Positions 25,555 through 38,937 are shown, numbered from the stretch's first letter. The stretch: 64,000 bases of DNA from Eledone cirrhosa (GCA_964016885.1 OZ024740.1:291896001-291960000), one strand, 5' to 3'. The notes: generated by a model from the sequence alone, not told the origin. Numbers and translations are program-made.

Positions 25555-28385
25555 TCAAGGATCAATTTCCCCCTCGTCCCTCTGCATATGAAAGTCTGCC
25601 GTCCAGGTCGGTGGTCTACGACTTTGTTGCGATCTTCGTAGTATTGGGGCAGGGCTCTGGGTTTCCACCCCATCTTGGGTTTCCTCTTCCTCGGAGTCCG
25701 TCGACACAGTGATTCTTCTTACATCCAGGACATGACGTGGTACCCCGTCCACGGACACATTATTCTTTGAATTTACGGCCGTCACCGTTCCCCTTCCCCA
25801 TTGAGATGTGCAACGTGCATCTGGGGGCTTAACCCAGACTTCTTCGCCCACCTGCACGAATGCACTCTCTCTCCCCACTGGCCGTTGTGGTGGCGTGCAC
25901 GGGTGCCGCCACTCGTATTTGAATACTGCTCTATGTGGCACTGCTTCCTCGACCTGTCCAACCCGAGGGGACATACTGTACCAGAATACTGCCTCCATTG
26001 GTGAGATATGGCCCCGCTCCGCCATTGACTTGATCGTCCGGTGGTGTCGCTCCACGATTCCATTCCCGCTCGGAAGAAACGGTCCACCTTCCATCCATCG
26101 AGCATCTCCCTCAGTGCCTCCGAGCGGAATGCTGCGCTGTTGTCCATCAGCAGTTCATCCACAGGGCCCCGCTCCAAGAACACCTCTCTCAACGTCCGCA
26201 CGATTTCCTCGACCGTTCCAGTCTTCATCTCCCTCCATATCGCCATTCGACCTGGTCCACAGTCGACCATCGAGAGGTACGTTCCCTGCCGGTAGTGCGT
26301 CACATCCACCGCTAATCGCTTCCAGTCGCGATCCACCGGGAGGCTTCCCGTTTCGTGTACACCCGGGGCGGGATCAATGGACTGACATCGGACGCAGCCT
26401 CTAACCACCCCCCGAACACTGTGTCTGCTAACGTCCGAGTCGATTCTCCTGGCTAGGAACAGGCTCCTATCCACCCCCATGTGGTGCATGTCATGCAACC
26501 CCTTCAGGTCTAACTCGGTCAGCCGACACACGGCAGCTATCTCATCCTCTACCTCCTCCCGCGCTTCCATCCAGGCTTTCTTCACTCTAGTTAAGATGTC
26601 CGCCCTATTTTTCTCTGAGGGCACGAACACTACGCTCAGCTTCAGGTCGAACTCGGTGGCCAGCTCTCCTAACGTTCCCAGGCGGCGCTTTATCAGCATC
26701 TCCGCCGCACATCTCGTTCGCACTCTCTTCTCACTGGTGAGCACTGATCTTACCCATCCGAGTACGGTAGCCGAGTCGGTGCGTATCTCGATGGTGCGCA
26801 GCCCCCACCGCAGGGCGAGGTTCACCCCTCTCAACACCGCGTCCAGCTCGGCCACATTGATGTGGCTGCAGTCGTCCTTCTTTCTAAGCCAGGCTGCATC
26901 CTCGACCTCAACACCTCCTATCTCCAACGTGACACCCAGCGCTATGCTGCTGGCATCGCACCATACGGTCCCGCTCCGTGATTTGGGAACGTACCAGCGT
27001 CGTCGGCCTTCACCCTCCCCACGATCTCCTGCATCATGGCCACCGTTCTCTGTCACTCCAAGTCACCCCTCCCGCTCGTCTCTTGACATAGCTGCATGCC
27101 GTCCGGAGCCACCCAGCGATCGGGTAGTGACCCACCAGCTTTCCACACACCGAGAAAAGCTCCCGCCTATTCATACTTGGGCCCAGTTCCGGAACTTCGT
27201 TTCCCCTCTGGAACACCAAAACGCCCGTCTTATCTCGCCGTAGCCTAAGTCCCAGCGCGGCTCCTCCCTCCAATGCTTCTGATGGCTTCGCAGTCAGTCC
27301 ATACCTCCGCAAATGGCTCGTGACCTCCGCCGTCGACACCACCGACTCGTCCACTAGGATGTCGTTAATGTAGGAGTTAGTAGCCCTCTTTATCTTGTCG
27401 GCCCTCCCCAGAGCGGTCTTGAGGACCGCCGCCAAGATCTTCGGTGTGGAGCTCAGCCCGAAACCGAGCCTGGTCAGGCAATATGTCCGGCCCTTATACC
27501 TGACCAGCTGATACCGCCAGAGCTTCTCATCTATATGCAACTGCAAGTAAGCCGACTTTAGATCCACGATCGCTGAACCCCCCGTCATGCGTCTCCACTG
27601 ACGCAGGGTTTCCCCACAGACATCCGTGACCTCGCCACCCGTGTGGCATGACACGTGCTCGTTCAGCTCTCGATAGTCCAGCACCGGCCTCACCTTGCTC
27701 TTCGTAGGTTGCACCACCGCCATCAACGGCAATACTCCGCACTTCACCTCCTCCTTCCAGGGAAGCAGTATGCCCTCTTCGATCCATCTCTCTACTTCTC
27801 GCTCGAACTCGCCCCTAGCGTTTCCCTTCAATGTGTGTTGATAGCAGCCCACTTTGGTCTTCAGTGTTGGTGGTTCTCCCTTCCAGTACCACTCAACAAC
27901 CCATCGCTGCCCATCAAACACGGCCTTGAAGTCCTTGTCCTGTACAGTGTAAGCGGGGTATTGCTCCTCGTGGGCCTTCTGGTTCTCATGACGTGCACTC
28001 ACAGCGCATACCGATGCAGTGGCGCCAAACGACACACCAACATTGTTCACCGTGACGCCCCCTAGACGGCCAATCGCGTCCATGCCCATAACCACGCCAA
28101 TCCCATCCACCACACTGTCTACCACGATGGCGGAAAGCCTTATCGTCCTTCCCCGTACCGCTATTTCCATCTCGCTGCGACCTCGGCATTCAATTTTCCT
28201 GCCGTCGACTGCCCTTACGCTGCTCTTCCCTCCCCACCTCTGTGCCACCCCCGCGGTCACCAGTGTCGTCGTACAGCCCGTATCCACGAGGGCTCGCTGT
28301 GGCTTCCCCCTCACGAAGACTTCCACCACGGGCAGCGCCGCTACTCGTAAGGGGAAACTACCGGCGCAGTAGTTCCCCTTGGATC
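25555..28385 (-). pseudogene. pol: Retrotransposon Pol (protease, RT, RNase H, DDE integrase), disrupted
   Basis: Protease ALVDTGC; RT RPVLDYRELN, VDLKSAY and YIND (YIDD mutated, codon at 27364-27366); RNase H CDAS / HINVAEL / TDS / NRADILTR; integrase HHCC plus D(VTH), D(N), E(RHH). Split across three ORFs by frameshifts near 27040 and 26070. Confidence 0.9.
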
Positions 28386-28392
28386 GTTTCCC
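28335..28392 (-). other. -1 programmed ribosomal frameshift signal (G GGA AAC plus H-type pseudoknot)
   Basis: Slippery heptamer in the gag frame, 5-nt spacer, stem AAGGGGAACTAC/GTAGTTTCCCCTT, loop GCGCCG pairing with downstream CGGCGC. The -1 frame is open into pol. Confidence 0.85.
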
Positions 28393-29103
28393 TGGTTGCA
28401 GTTAGTAGCGATGTGGCCTGGTCGCTTACACCGGTAGCAAATTATATCCGGCTTCGACTCTCTACAGTCTCTAGCCATATGCGGGCCGTGACACCTAAAA
28501 CAGCGGCCCCTAAATTCTCGCGAACGGCCGCGTGCCGAGGTTGCCTCCCTTTGACCATTTCGCTGCCAGGTGTCCTGAGCCTCCGTAGTCGCTATCGCCG
28601 CAACACTCTTTTTGGCATCTTCCGTTATGATCCGGGCTTGTTCCACCAGTGAACGCATTTCCATCTCCTTGTACCCCGGGACTTGCTGCAGTTTCACCGC
28701 TATGTCGTCCGGAAATCCATTGATGAATGCCAACCGCACCGTGCGTTCGCATTCCGCCTGGTAACCGGCCAACATAGCCAACCGCCTTATTTCCGCTGCG
28801 AAAATGTCAACGCGCTCACCATTCCACCTGATTCTCGCCAGCTTAGCAAAAGCCGCCAACGGTCCCTCGGCGAATGCATCCATCAGACGCCTCTCAATCT
28901 TCTGCACATCTCTTTGGCTGTGCTCGTCCAACTCAAGGAAGAGTACCAACGCGTCGCTCTCGAGGTACAATGCAATGAGACCGGCCACTTCTTCTATCTT
29001 CTGCAAGCCTGCGACCAGCCGAACCTTCCGCAGCCAAGCGACAACATCACCTTCCCCGGTGAATGGCCTGATAGCTTCGTTCATCCGTAGTCTTGTCGCC
29101 ATC
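28341..29103 (-). CDS. gag: Retrotransposon Gag with two CCHC zinc knuckles
   Basis: ORF MATRLRMNEAIRPFTGEGDVVAWL... containing CFRCHGPHMARDC and CYRCKRPGHIATNC. Confidence 0.88.
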
Positions 29104-29185
29104 TTCTGATTTGTTTTGCGGCAAGTGTTTTCTTTTTCTTTTCTTTTTTTTTTTTTTTTTTTTTTTTTCAGTCGCCGAAATAGCT

Positions 29186-29437
29186 TGTAGTTAGGATATC
29201 TCACCGCTTTTCACAGGCGCCGCTAAATTCCACTGCAGGTACTCCTCTTCCACGTGCGTCCGACTGCTTAACACCGGGAGCTGCCCAAAACTTGCGTCCA
29301 CACCGTATGCTGGTCACTAGGGAGAGGCCCTCTCCTGGCCCTTCCGGTCGAGCATCCTTCCGGTCAAAGACCCCTTCCGGTCGAGCACTCCCCCCCCCCC
29401 CCCGCCTCCGGCCACCGCACACCACACCATACCCACA
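29186..29437 (-). repeat. 5' LTR
   Basis: Direct repeat of 25272-25541, TG...CA termini on the minus strand. Confidence 0.93.
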
Positions 29438-30509
29438 CTTTGGATAAGGAAATTTTTGCGTGTGCCACTCCCCACTTTGCTATTTTGTCTCTGTATCATA
29501 CTCAAACACCCAAGACACATCTCCTGTTATTACTTTAGCTCAGTTTTGAGTCTTTCTAGCAAATCCTAACTAATTTCTAAGTTCACTTTTTGCTCCACAG
29601 ACAAATATTTGGGCACTAGTTTTGCACAAATTTCTCACAAAAGTAAATGATCTGTTAAAATTCTGTGAACTGCATTTTTATCCAAGCCCGTTTCTTCTGC
29701 AATCACCATAGCACTTAATCAGCAATCTTTCGCCATCACCACTTCCACATTTTGTTCAATTGTTGACGAGATTGGCCTTCCAGAATGAGGTTTGTCTTCA
29801 ATATTTTCTTGGCCCTCTTTGAAAGCTTAAAAAAACCCTTACTTTTCTATAGAGTGGCACCTCCATAAATATTTTGGTAGCAGATTCATTGAGGTCCATG
29901 CAAAATTTGATTGTGTACCATTGCTTAATATTTTCTTGCATCGCCAACGTAACAGAGGTTATAAACACATCTGTACATAAACAGTGATAACTCACAACTG
30001 ACTCAATCGATCATGTAAGTACGTGTGGCCAAGGTCACAATCAATATGCCGACATACATCGAGGTGCTGCATTACCTCGTCGTACATAGGAAAATCAGTA
30101 CTTTTAATTTTGGAACAAATCTTGTATCATCATCATCATCATCATCATCATCATTTAACATCTATTTTCCACATTATCATGGGTTAAACGGGTTGTCCCA
30201 TTTGAGGCAAGTCGGGTCAGGTGTCCATGTCTTGCTCATACAGAACATGATTTTTAAAAAAAATAATATAAGTGAACGTGACCCAACGGGTCACGGGTGG
30301 TCTATATATATATATATATACACACACATATATATGGTGCCACGACATAAAGTGCCCAGTCCACACTGTAAAGTGGTCATGTTGGTATCATGACAAAAGG
30401 CACCCAACACACACTGTAAATCTGGTTGGCATTAGGAAGGGCATCCAGCATGTGTATATATGGGCATATATTTGTATAGGTTTATGGATGAGTATGTATA
30501 TGTTTCTAT

Positions 30510-31440
30510 CTTCTTCTTTGCTCACTTATTTCTGAGAGGGTCATGGGGTCAGAGTCCTCAAACATGCCTACCAGCGGGTCCTGTCAAAAACAACTGTCTC
30601 CAATTGATCTGGCTGGATCCCCAAGTGAGACCAGCCAAGCTTATAGATGTTATCTAACCATCTTGCTCAGGGTTACCCCTGGGTCTCCTGCCGGTTGGTT
30701 TTGCCCATAAAATATATTCAGTGATTTTTTTCCTTAGACATTCTAACCACTTACCCATAGTATCGGAGTTGTGATGTCTCAATTCGGAGAAGTAGTAGCT
30801 CTATTCTCTGATCTATGCACTCTATCAAGTAACGCTATTACAAAGACTCTTCAGAAGAACTCCATTTTGGCCGCTTGTATTCGCGATCATATTCTTTCGG
30901 TCATTACTCAAGATTCATAATCATAGATAAGGGTTGGCATGACTATTGAATTGAAGATAGCGAATTTGGCTTTTACGCCTACCTCCCTTCTGATTACTTA
31001 ATGCTGAAGCTGGCGCATTATTGCACCAGCTCCTGCAATTCTTGCACTTAATTCAGCCTCCTACCTTTCATCACTTGTGAACATGGCCATAAGATACTTG
31101 ATCTTCTCTACCTGCTTCAGTGGAATTTCATTTACATGTACAGTGCACTGCACAGGCTTCCTTGAGAGGATGAGCATCACAGTTTTCACAGCACTTATTT
31201 TCATTCCAGCCATGCAGTATTTGTCATGAAACCTATCGAGTGCAAGTCGGAGATCATCTTCTGTCGAGTTAAGTAACACCTTGTCGTCTGCTGATTTTAC
31301 ATCCCCTGGTCATGATACTACTTCCAACCCGGCTGCACATGTCAATCCTGTTCATATAAATTAATGAACAGGAGAGGTAACAGTATGTACCATTGGTGGA
31401 GTTCGATTCCCACATTGAATGGTTTCGATTTACACATACT
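30510..31440 (-). mobile_element. RTE-like LINE fragment (second family)
   Basis: Homologous to 2430-3047 and extends into the RT thumb (GMKISAVKT, QVEKIKYL). Confidence 0.8.
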
Positions 31441-34400
31441 CAGGGCAACAAAGGAAGAGAGAAATTTTTTACAAATTAATTAAATTTGTCATTCTGATTT
31501 TTTTAATTTTACAAAGTATATGAAGTACGCTGAATTGGCAGTCATTAGAACGTTGGATAGAATGCTTTGTGGTATTTGTTCTGTCTCTTTGAGTTTTACT
31601 TTGCTTTTCATTCTTTCAAGATCTATATAAAAAGAAGTACCAGCTCAGTACTGGTATCGATTCTTCCACTATATCTTATCACTTCCTCTCTCAGGGGAAG
31701 AAACCGACTGTGTTTTGATTTGGAGAAGGGATGGGCTCTGTCACGTTTAAAGTGCTCAAGACGACGTTTCTACGACTTCATCGAGAATTACAGATCCATA
31801 TATACATGCATAAATTTTTCTATGTACTAACGTTTTATCTATTTTGTGTATGTGTGACGTCCGAACGAGTATCTTTCACGCCCAAACTAACTTACCTTCA
31901 GTTTTGGGTCCCGGCTGACAAGACGGCGAGGGATGCAGCCAACTCAGCTCCGATAGAAATGAGGAGGGGTGTGGTTCAGGGGCCAAGAACGCCAGAAATC
32001 CCCACTGATACAGGCTCTACATATATGGAAAAGCACCATAATCTATAAAGTGCTTAACTCGGCCTTACTCAACATGTAGATTAATTTTGATGGAAACATA
32101 AACGAACTCAATCAATTAAGAATTAATTACCGTGTTTGAAATGTCATTAAAGTATGTAATATCTAGTTCAACGAATCTCATTTGGGTGATAAATATACCC
32201 AGCGACAAGTATACATGTCTGACTACTTTAATACAGTAAATAAAGTCTATTAATCAATTCCAGAACCCGTAAATGAATTTGTATTTTGCTGTTTTAAGAA
32301 GGCAGTGTGTGATCTGAGGGTAATTTGGGTGCCACTTCTAGCAAGTCGAGCGTAGAGGTTTTTTAAATTATTATTTGACAATGTTTAAAATAGCTATATG
32401 ACAAGGAAGCTAGTTTTTATGTTCGAAATGATTGACATGCGTATATAAACAAGGCTGTAGTTAAACAATATTTTCAGTGTATATATAAGTTACACTCGAC
32501 TGTGACTTCCACACATTTCCGTTTCACATATCACAGGACTGATATGGTATGGTCATGTAACTCCTAGCGGAGTCGTACGGCGTTTCTTGAGCATTTTAAA
32601 AGTGTCCATCCCCCTCTCCAGGTCTGAATACAGCAGATTTATTCCAGAGAAGGATAGAGTGAGAGAATGGACGCGAAAAAGTAATATAGAGGAAGAATCG
32701 ACCTCAGTACTAGACTGATATTTTTTGTTATCGACCTAGGCGGGATTTGAACTCAGAGAGCAGAGATCCGAAACGAATACTACAAGCCATTCTATCCGAC
32801 GTTCTAACAACTCTGTCAATTCACTACCTTATTGTCACTGATACAGTAAGTATCTGTAAAATGTGAACGAAACTCTAATTCCTGGACCCGGAAACGTCAC
32901 TTCAGCTGTTCAAGGGAGATAATCGTGAAAGAGTTCCCCCCTCAACCCATTGCGTTTCATCTTGTACCTCAACACATCCATAAGTAGATGTGACTCTTCA
33001 ACTAAATATTTATATGGAACGAAAGGTAACAGATTGTTTTGTTTTTTGTTGTTGCCTCCACCACCACCGCTCTTTATTTCTATTAATAAACCCTTCTCTC
33101 CTTAAATACCTGAATTTCTATTTACTTATAATGTGAATCTGTCACAAACATTTATTTTACTTGTAATGAAGCTATCACCAAAATAACAATTTCAATTTAA
33201 TTATTGTCCAAAATGTTTTGATTGACGGTCATCTGTTATCGTTTTTATTGTCCAGATGTCAGCTAATTGAGATCTTGTGTCTTTTTAATTGGGCCATTAC
33301 ATAAATGTGTCAAGCGAGACAATTTTATAAATGAAATATTGTATGAGTAGGCATTTTTATATTAATATTAACCAGAGGGTAATCTAGTTCTGTTAGTTAT
33401 CTTAAAGAAATTTTACTAACAGATTTTTATTTCTTAGTTTTATCTGTTTGTAATAACAGTTCCAAATAAAAAGGTAATATTAATTATTTAATCAATATCT
33501 CTCCCAACTAACGTAGTCTGGGTTTATGTAAAGTCCAGTATTTTCCTGTTTTCTTAGTACAAAGTCCTTGAATTTTCAACAGGCGTCGATAGCAGGACAG
33601 AAGAATAAAAGTATATTTCTAACAAGTAATATTACCTTTCTGTGTGTATGGGATATATGTTTTAGTAATGACCATCGCTTATTCTACCTGGACATACACG
33701 TGGCCACCACTATCTCCCCACTACGACACGTCATTTTCTGTTTAATCCGTTCTTGTTACATTTGATAGGTCAAATTAACAAACACAATTAGATTTCTACA
33801 GAAACCCTTATCGATATTCACCTGAAATAACAATTTTCTTATAATTAATCTCTTTATATAGTCTTGTATATGCCAAATTATCATATATTGTACATTCTTT
33901 TGGTTTGATGTCATTCAAAATTTATTGATTTATAAATGATTTCGTCTGTCTCATCCAAACGGGACATTTCATTTCGAAATCTTCACGCGAATTAAGTTCG
34001 TTTCTGTTTTACGCAAATCCAAAATAATCACACAACCTATTAAATATATATTTAAAGAAAAACAACAACTAAAAGCAAACTTGTTTCCACAACTGTTTAT
34101 TTGGTACAGACATGGGAGTGGGAGAGAGAGAGATATATATATTCAGCGAGAGAGAAAGACAGACAGAAAGAGAGAGACAGAGACTGTCTGAATTCTTTAT
34201 AGTATTTAGTTCAGTGTCTAGTAAGTATTGTTCTTCGAAATAACTATTTCCAACCCTCATCCTTCTCACCACTTCCCCTCACCCCTACTGTATATCATTC
34301 CACAGGTACCACACTGACCACTATATCTAATTCTTTATGCTCAGAACAGTTTTGCTGCTGACGTTTATTTACAGATGTTCAAATGATATATCAGTCGTAT

Positions 34401-36445
34401 CAATGTCACCAGTTCCAGCAAGATTTCCAAAGGTTATAAGCAGTAGTGCCCTTTCTTCCTGGAAAGTTCCATAATGATTTAAGGGATCAAATTCTAGTGG
34501 AATCATTTTGTCGATAAAACAGGTGCCTGATGTTGAACCAATCAATTATCACTGTCCACCATCAAATAGCTTCGTGTCTAAATAAAGACAGCTCTAGCTC
34601 TTCATGTTATGCAATCAAATTATGCTGTCTTTCATCCTTCAAGAGTTGATAAAATACAGTGCCAGTCAAGTACTTTGGATTGACTAACCGTAGATCCAAA
34701 TTTCTAGTTTTGTGTCTTTGTGAGAAATAACTATTTATAAAGCTCAAATGGGACAAACCTGTCCAACCCATGCAAGTGTTGTAGGTGGACGTTAAACGAT
34801 GATGATTTAAATGAGGTGCAAGCCTCTGGTCAGTCTGAGAAGTCAGTAGCTCCTCTTGAGTACTGACTTTATCTGTGACCACCCATCTAACCCTTGTTAG
34901 CTGGGAGAACAGACGTTAAATGAGGATTTAGTTTTTTTCTTTTTTTGTTAATCAAGTGGAAGAAGCTATTCTCATGAACATGGCTTAGTGGTTAGAGCAT
35001 TGGCCTTGCAATCGAAAGGTTGTGAGTTCAATTCTCAGACCGGGTGATGTGTTGTTTCCTTGAGCAAGACACTTTATTTCACATTGCTCCAGTTTACTCA
35101 GCTGTAGAAATGAGATGATAGGGACTGGGGTCCCTATCATTCCACTGCAAAGTGGTCATGTAGGTGCCATGGCAAAAAACCACCCAGCACTCACTGTAAA
35201 TGAAGTTGGTGTTAGGAAGGGCATCCAGCTGTAGAAATCAAGCCAGAATCAGTTCCCGTCCCACCCTTGCAAGCAGGGAAAAGTGGACGTAAAATGATGA
35301 TGATGATGGGCATTCTGAAACTAAAAATTCCACCACTTCTCATATTTGAGGCAGCTTTAGCAGAGTTCAACATTATAAATACCCAGATATAGACACTTGG
35401 TGTTAACAATACATCACACTCTGGATGTATTGTTCTTTTCGGGATGACACACTTGACTGTCAAAGGAATAGCAGCCACATCTTCAGAGAACACCATACTA
35501 TTTTAAAATAAAGAAAGTCTCATTAGATATTTTCCTGGAAATAACAGAACAAAACAAACAAGATGGGGATAGTAAATGCTGGAATAGTTTTGATCGAAGG
35601 TCTGCTCAATCAGAGCTAACATGGAGTTAAAGAGCAACAACAAATAATTATATTGTAAGTATAACTAAATGACGATCATTTGTAAAAGATATGAATCTTC
35701 TGTTAACTCTGTTGAACAAACAGAAATGAGTATATGCCTGTTGAAAACACATTAGCAAATGTCAACCCTGGATTGCTCTTTCAAAAGATCTGGAACAAGT
35801 AAGAATTTCTCACCAGCTGGAGAGAAGGCTTCATCATCATTTTTATGTCCACTTTTCCATACTGGCATGAATTTGGACGAGATGTTTTGATAATGTTTTA
35901 CAGTCAGATGCCCTTTCTCATGCCAACCCTTTTTGTTGCCTCTTACAACATGCAGGGATATGGGGTACCTATTCTAAAAATCGGGATACTCATCTACCAT
36001 ATAATACATTGTGCTTTTTCTCCGCCAATTCAGGAATAGTACCCATCTAGCATAAAGATTAGCACTAACCCTGAGACTTGGTTTCCTTTCTCCTCATATA
36101 GTTTATTTCAATAAGTATGGACATGCCAAATTTACAAAAACAGTGCTAGATTTCTTAAGTCAATATTCTTGGCCACCGAGTATTAGATGGGCAGAATTGG
36201 TAGTGTCGTTAAAATGCCATTATGGTATTTGTTCTGGTTCTTTACACTCCGAGTTCAAATTCCACTAAGGTTAATATAAGGTTTGCCTTTCATCCTTCTG
36301 GCATCGATAAAATAAAGTACCAGTAAAGTACTGGAGTTGATTTAATCAACTTTCCTCTTTCCTCAAATTTTTTGGCCTTGTTCCTAAATTAAAAATTAAT
36401 ATTTGTAGCCACCATTTCAGTTTTCAGCTCACTCATCATCTTTAA

Positions 36446-36892
36446 CCTTTTGTTAATCCCTATTTCCACTCATACTATTTATTTTATCTAAAACCCTCCC
36501 ATTGTAATTTAAGCTAAGAACCTTTAGTAAGTTATGCTTGAAATACCAGCTTAATAAGGAGAAAGTTATTTTAGTAAATTCCTTTAGAATCTTAATTATT
36601 TTCAAAATGATTTAGAAATTATAGGCAGTGTCTTTCTTTAGAAATATGGTAACAAAAGAGTTAACCTTTTTAATACCACCTGTCCAAAATTGCCACTGGT
36701 TCTATGGAACTACACCATCAGTTTTAAAAAGTTCTTATTTAAATTAAAATCTTTCAACAATTTTATATAAGAACCATATGTTATGTTACAAATACCATCT
36801 TAATAGTGAAATAATTTCAGTAAAACCCTCCAAACTCTTCAATAATCAGTTAAAATACAGTGTATTTTATTAGAAATATGGTAATGGAAGTG
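36446..36892. mobile_element. Two tandem TTAA-flanked (piggyBac-like) MITEs sharing a TTAA at 36661
   Basis: TTAA|CCTTT...AAAGAG|TTAA structure. Relatives at 18180-18386 and 63632-63856. Confidence 0.6.
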
Positions 36893-37059
36893 TTAAACTT
36901 ATGATAATTCACATTTATCATGCAAACTTAGAGAATCTTCAGCACAATACTAAAGTTCTTTACATTGTTGGGGAGTCAGAGCTAAGTAAATTACTTTTGT
37001 GTTGGTCTGTTGATGAAAATTTTGCTGAATCCTCTATTGTCAATGGAACTGCATTTGTC

Positions 37060-37262
37060 CATAGCTAAAACACACATCTCTCTATGACCCATTGTATCTA
37101 TAGCTAGAATACACATCTCTCTATGACCCATTATGTCATAGCTAAAACATACATCTCTCTATGACCCATTGTGCCCATAGCTAAAACACAGCTCTCTATG
37201 ATCCATTGTGTCATAGCTAAAACACACATCTATCTAAGACCCATTGTGTCTATAGCTAAAAT
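37060..37262. repeat. About 39-bp minisatellite, 5 copies
   Basis: Unit ATAGCTAAAACACACATCTCTCTATGACCCATTGTGTC. Confidence 0.88.
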
Positions 37263-37784
37263 ATGTGTGTCTATATCAGCTTGTAGGTTGAGGAAAAAGA
37301 GGAAGAGAGGAAATGGGTACAAACTCTTCGTACTCCTGGAGATGAGGGTTGCACATTTTTTGGGGGGGTATGTGTTACCCAGATGAAATGTCTCCCCTAT
37401 TGGGGAAAATCGATTAACTTTTAAATTGTATTTGTGATAATATTTTACACGTTTTTATTGTATGTAAACTTCCCCCTTTGTATTTGTCCCCTTCTTTTGT
37501 GCCCCTGTGGCTAATAAAGAAACATATCTATGTATACACACACACATGCAGTCCCGTGATAAATAACGTATCAGGGAAGTACTGGGGTTGATATAAACAA
37601 CTGCCTCTTTTCCCCACTTAAAAAAACTGCTGTTCTTGTGCCAAAATTATTATTGCTGCTATTATTTATCCTCCTTACTGGTGAGCATGAGTTGGTACAT
37701 CTGCCTAACTAAATATTTCATTTACATTAACTCCAGATGTGCTATGAGATAGATGTGACTAACTAGAGGCTTTGAAAGGATTTT

Positions 37785-37962
37785 GTTAAGAGACACATCG
37801 TCTGATTGGATAGAGGAGGGTTTCAATGAATTTACTCTCGATGTATTAAGAGACACATTTGATTGGACAGAGGAGGTTTTAAATGGATTTACTCCAGATG
37901 TGTTAAGAGACACATATGATTGGATTAAGGAAGGTTTAAATGAATTTACTCCAGGTGTGTCT
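37785..37962. repeat. 63-bp tandem repeat, about 3 copies
   Basis: Recurring TTAAGAGACACAT...GATTGGA...TTTACTCCAGATGTG. Confidence 0.85.
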
Positions 37963-38937
37963 AGATACATAGTGGTTATATATGTTAAATGGATTTGCTT
38001 CAGACACATGGAAAAGTGTGAAATAATTTATTAAAAAAAACAAAAAAACAATAGTTATTTGTAATAGAAGTTTCATCTATAAGGCTAGTCACAACTCTGA
38101 TGTAAATGGAATTCAAAAGTTCTTATACAGGTTTCTGGGCTTTTTTTTTTTTTGTAGATGTCCTTTTTGAAAAAAAACCCACCTTTTATTTATTGAAAAA
38201 GGAAAAAAAAATCAGCTGTCAATTTACATGAAAGGGAGTGGAGAGGATATGATGAATTGTTTGTTGATTTTGTTTTTAGAAATAATTGTTTCTACTTTAG
38301 GCACAAGGCCAGCAATTACCCAGTGCATCACTGGTACTTTATTTTATCGACCCCGTAAGGATGAAAGGCAAAGTCAACCTCGGCGGGATTTGAACTCAGA
38401 TCGTAAAGGGACGTAACTATGCTGGAAAGCATGGCGTCCGACTCTCTACCGATACTGCCAATCCAGAAATAATGTTTAATTTTTAGGAATGTTAGAAGTG
38501 GGTGGTCTGCCTTTTAAAATTTGAATTATTTTCCATGTACACAAGTGTGTGTGTTAGTATTCATATTAGTATATATGTATGTATGTTTCTGTGTAAATGT
38601 TATTAGGTATGTATATTTCTTATATGTGTTAGTATTCATGTTAGTATATATATATATATATATATATATGTTTCTGTGTTAATGATATTAGTTATACATA
38701 TATGTTTGTTATATAAAAAAATTGCCAATTTATTTCAATTTTCAAATTTTCTATATATTTCAGCTTCAAACCATCTTATTTAGAAAGAATTTTCAAGAAT
38801 GTCACTCTGACTAGGGACATATATATAATACATATTTTTTTATTCACCTTATATTTAAATATAGAAAATAACATATTTTTAAAACAACCAAAGTATCATT
38901 AAATGTCAAATGTTTCAAAGAAATTTTTCTCTACACA

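Larger units (their letters stand above)
25272..29437 (-). mobile_element. Full-length compact LTR retrotransposon (gag, then PR-RT-RH-IN; Ty3/Gypsy-like), mutated
   Basis: TG...CA LTRs at 29186-29437 (5') and 25272-25541 (3'). 5-bp TSD CTTTG at 25267-25271 and 29438-29442. PPT-like AGGGGGGCG before the 3' LTR. Markedly more GC-rich than the flanks. Confidence 0.95.
23385..30124 (-). mobile_element. Mariner-like transposon relic, split by the CR1-like LINE and the LTR element
   Basis: Pieces on the minus strand read in order: TIR-like end TA|CAAGATTTGTTCCAAAA at about 30124; MQENIKQWYTIKFC; VITGDVSWVFEYD; [LTR element]; KTMIIIFFDSCGIVH; LLHDNAPAH; [LINE]; PTLPHPSYNSDL..DFYVFPKLK (YSPDL-like). 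Confidence 0.85.

Noticed and set aside
25801-29109. Long plus-strand ORFs antisense to gag/pol
   Set aside because: Expected shadow ORFs in GC-rich coding DNA, with no recognisable motifs.
29104-29204. N-terminal poly-Lys extension of Gag in the ORF track
   Set aside because: It derives from the LTR end, PBS region and poly(A) leader. The likely start is MATRLR.
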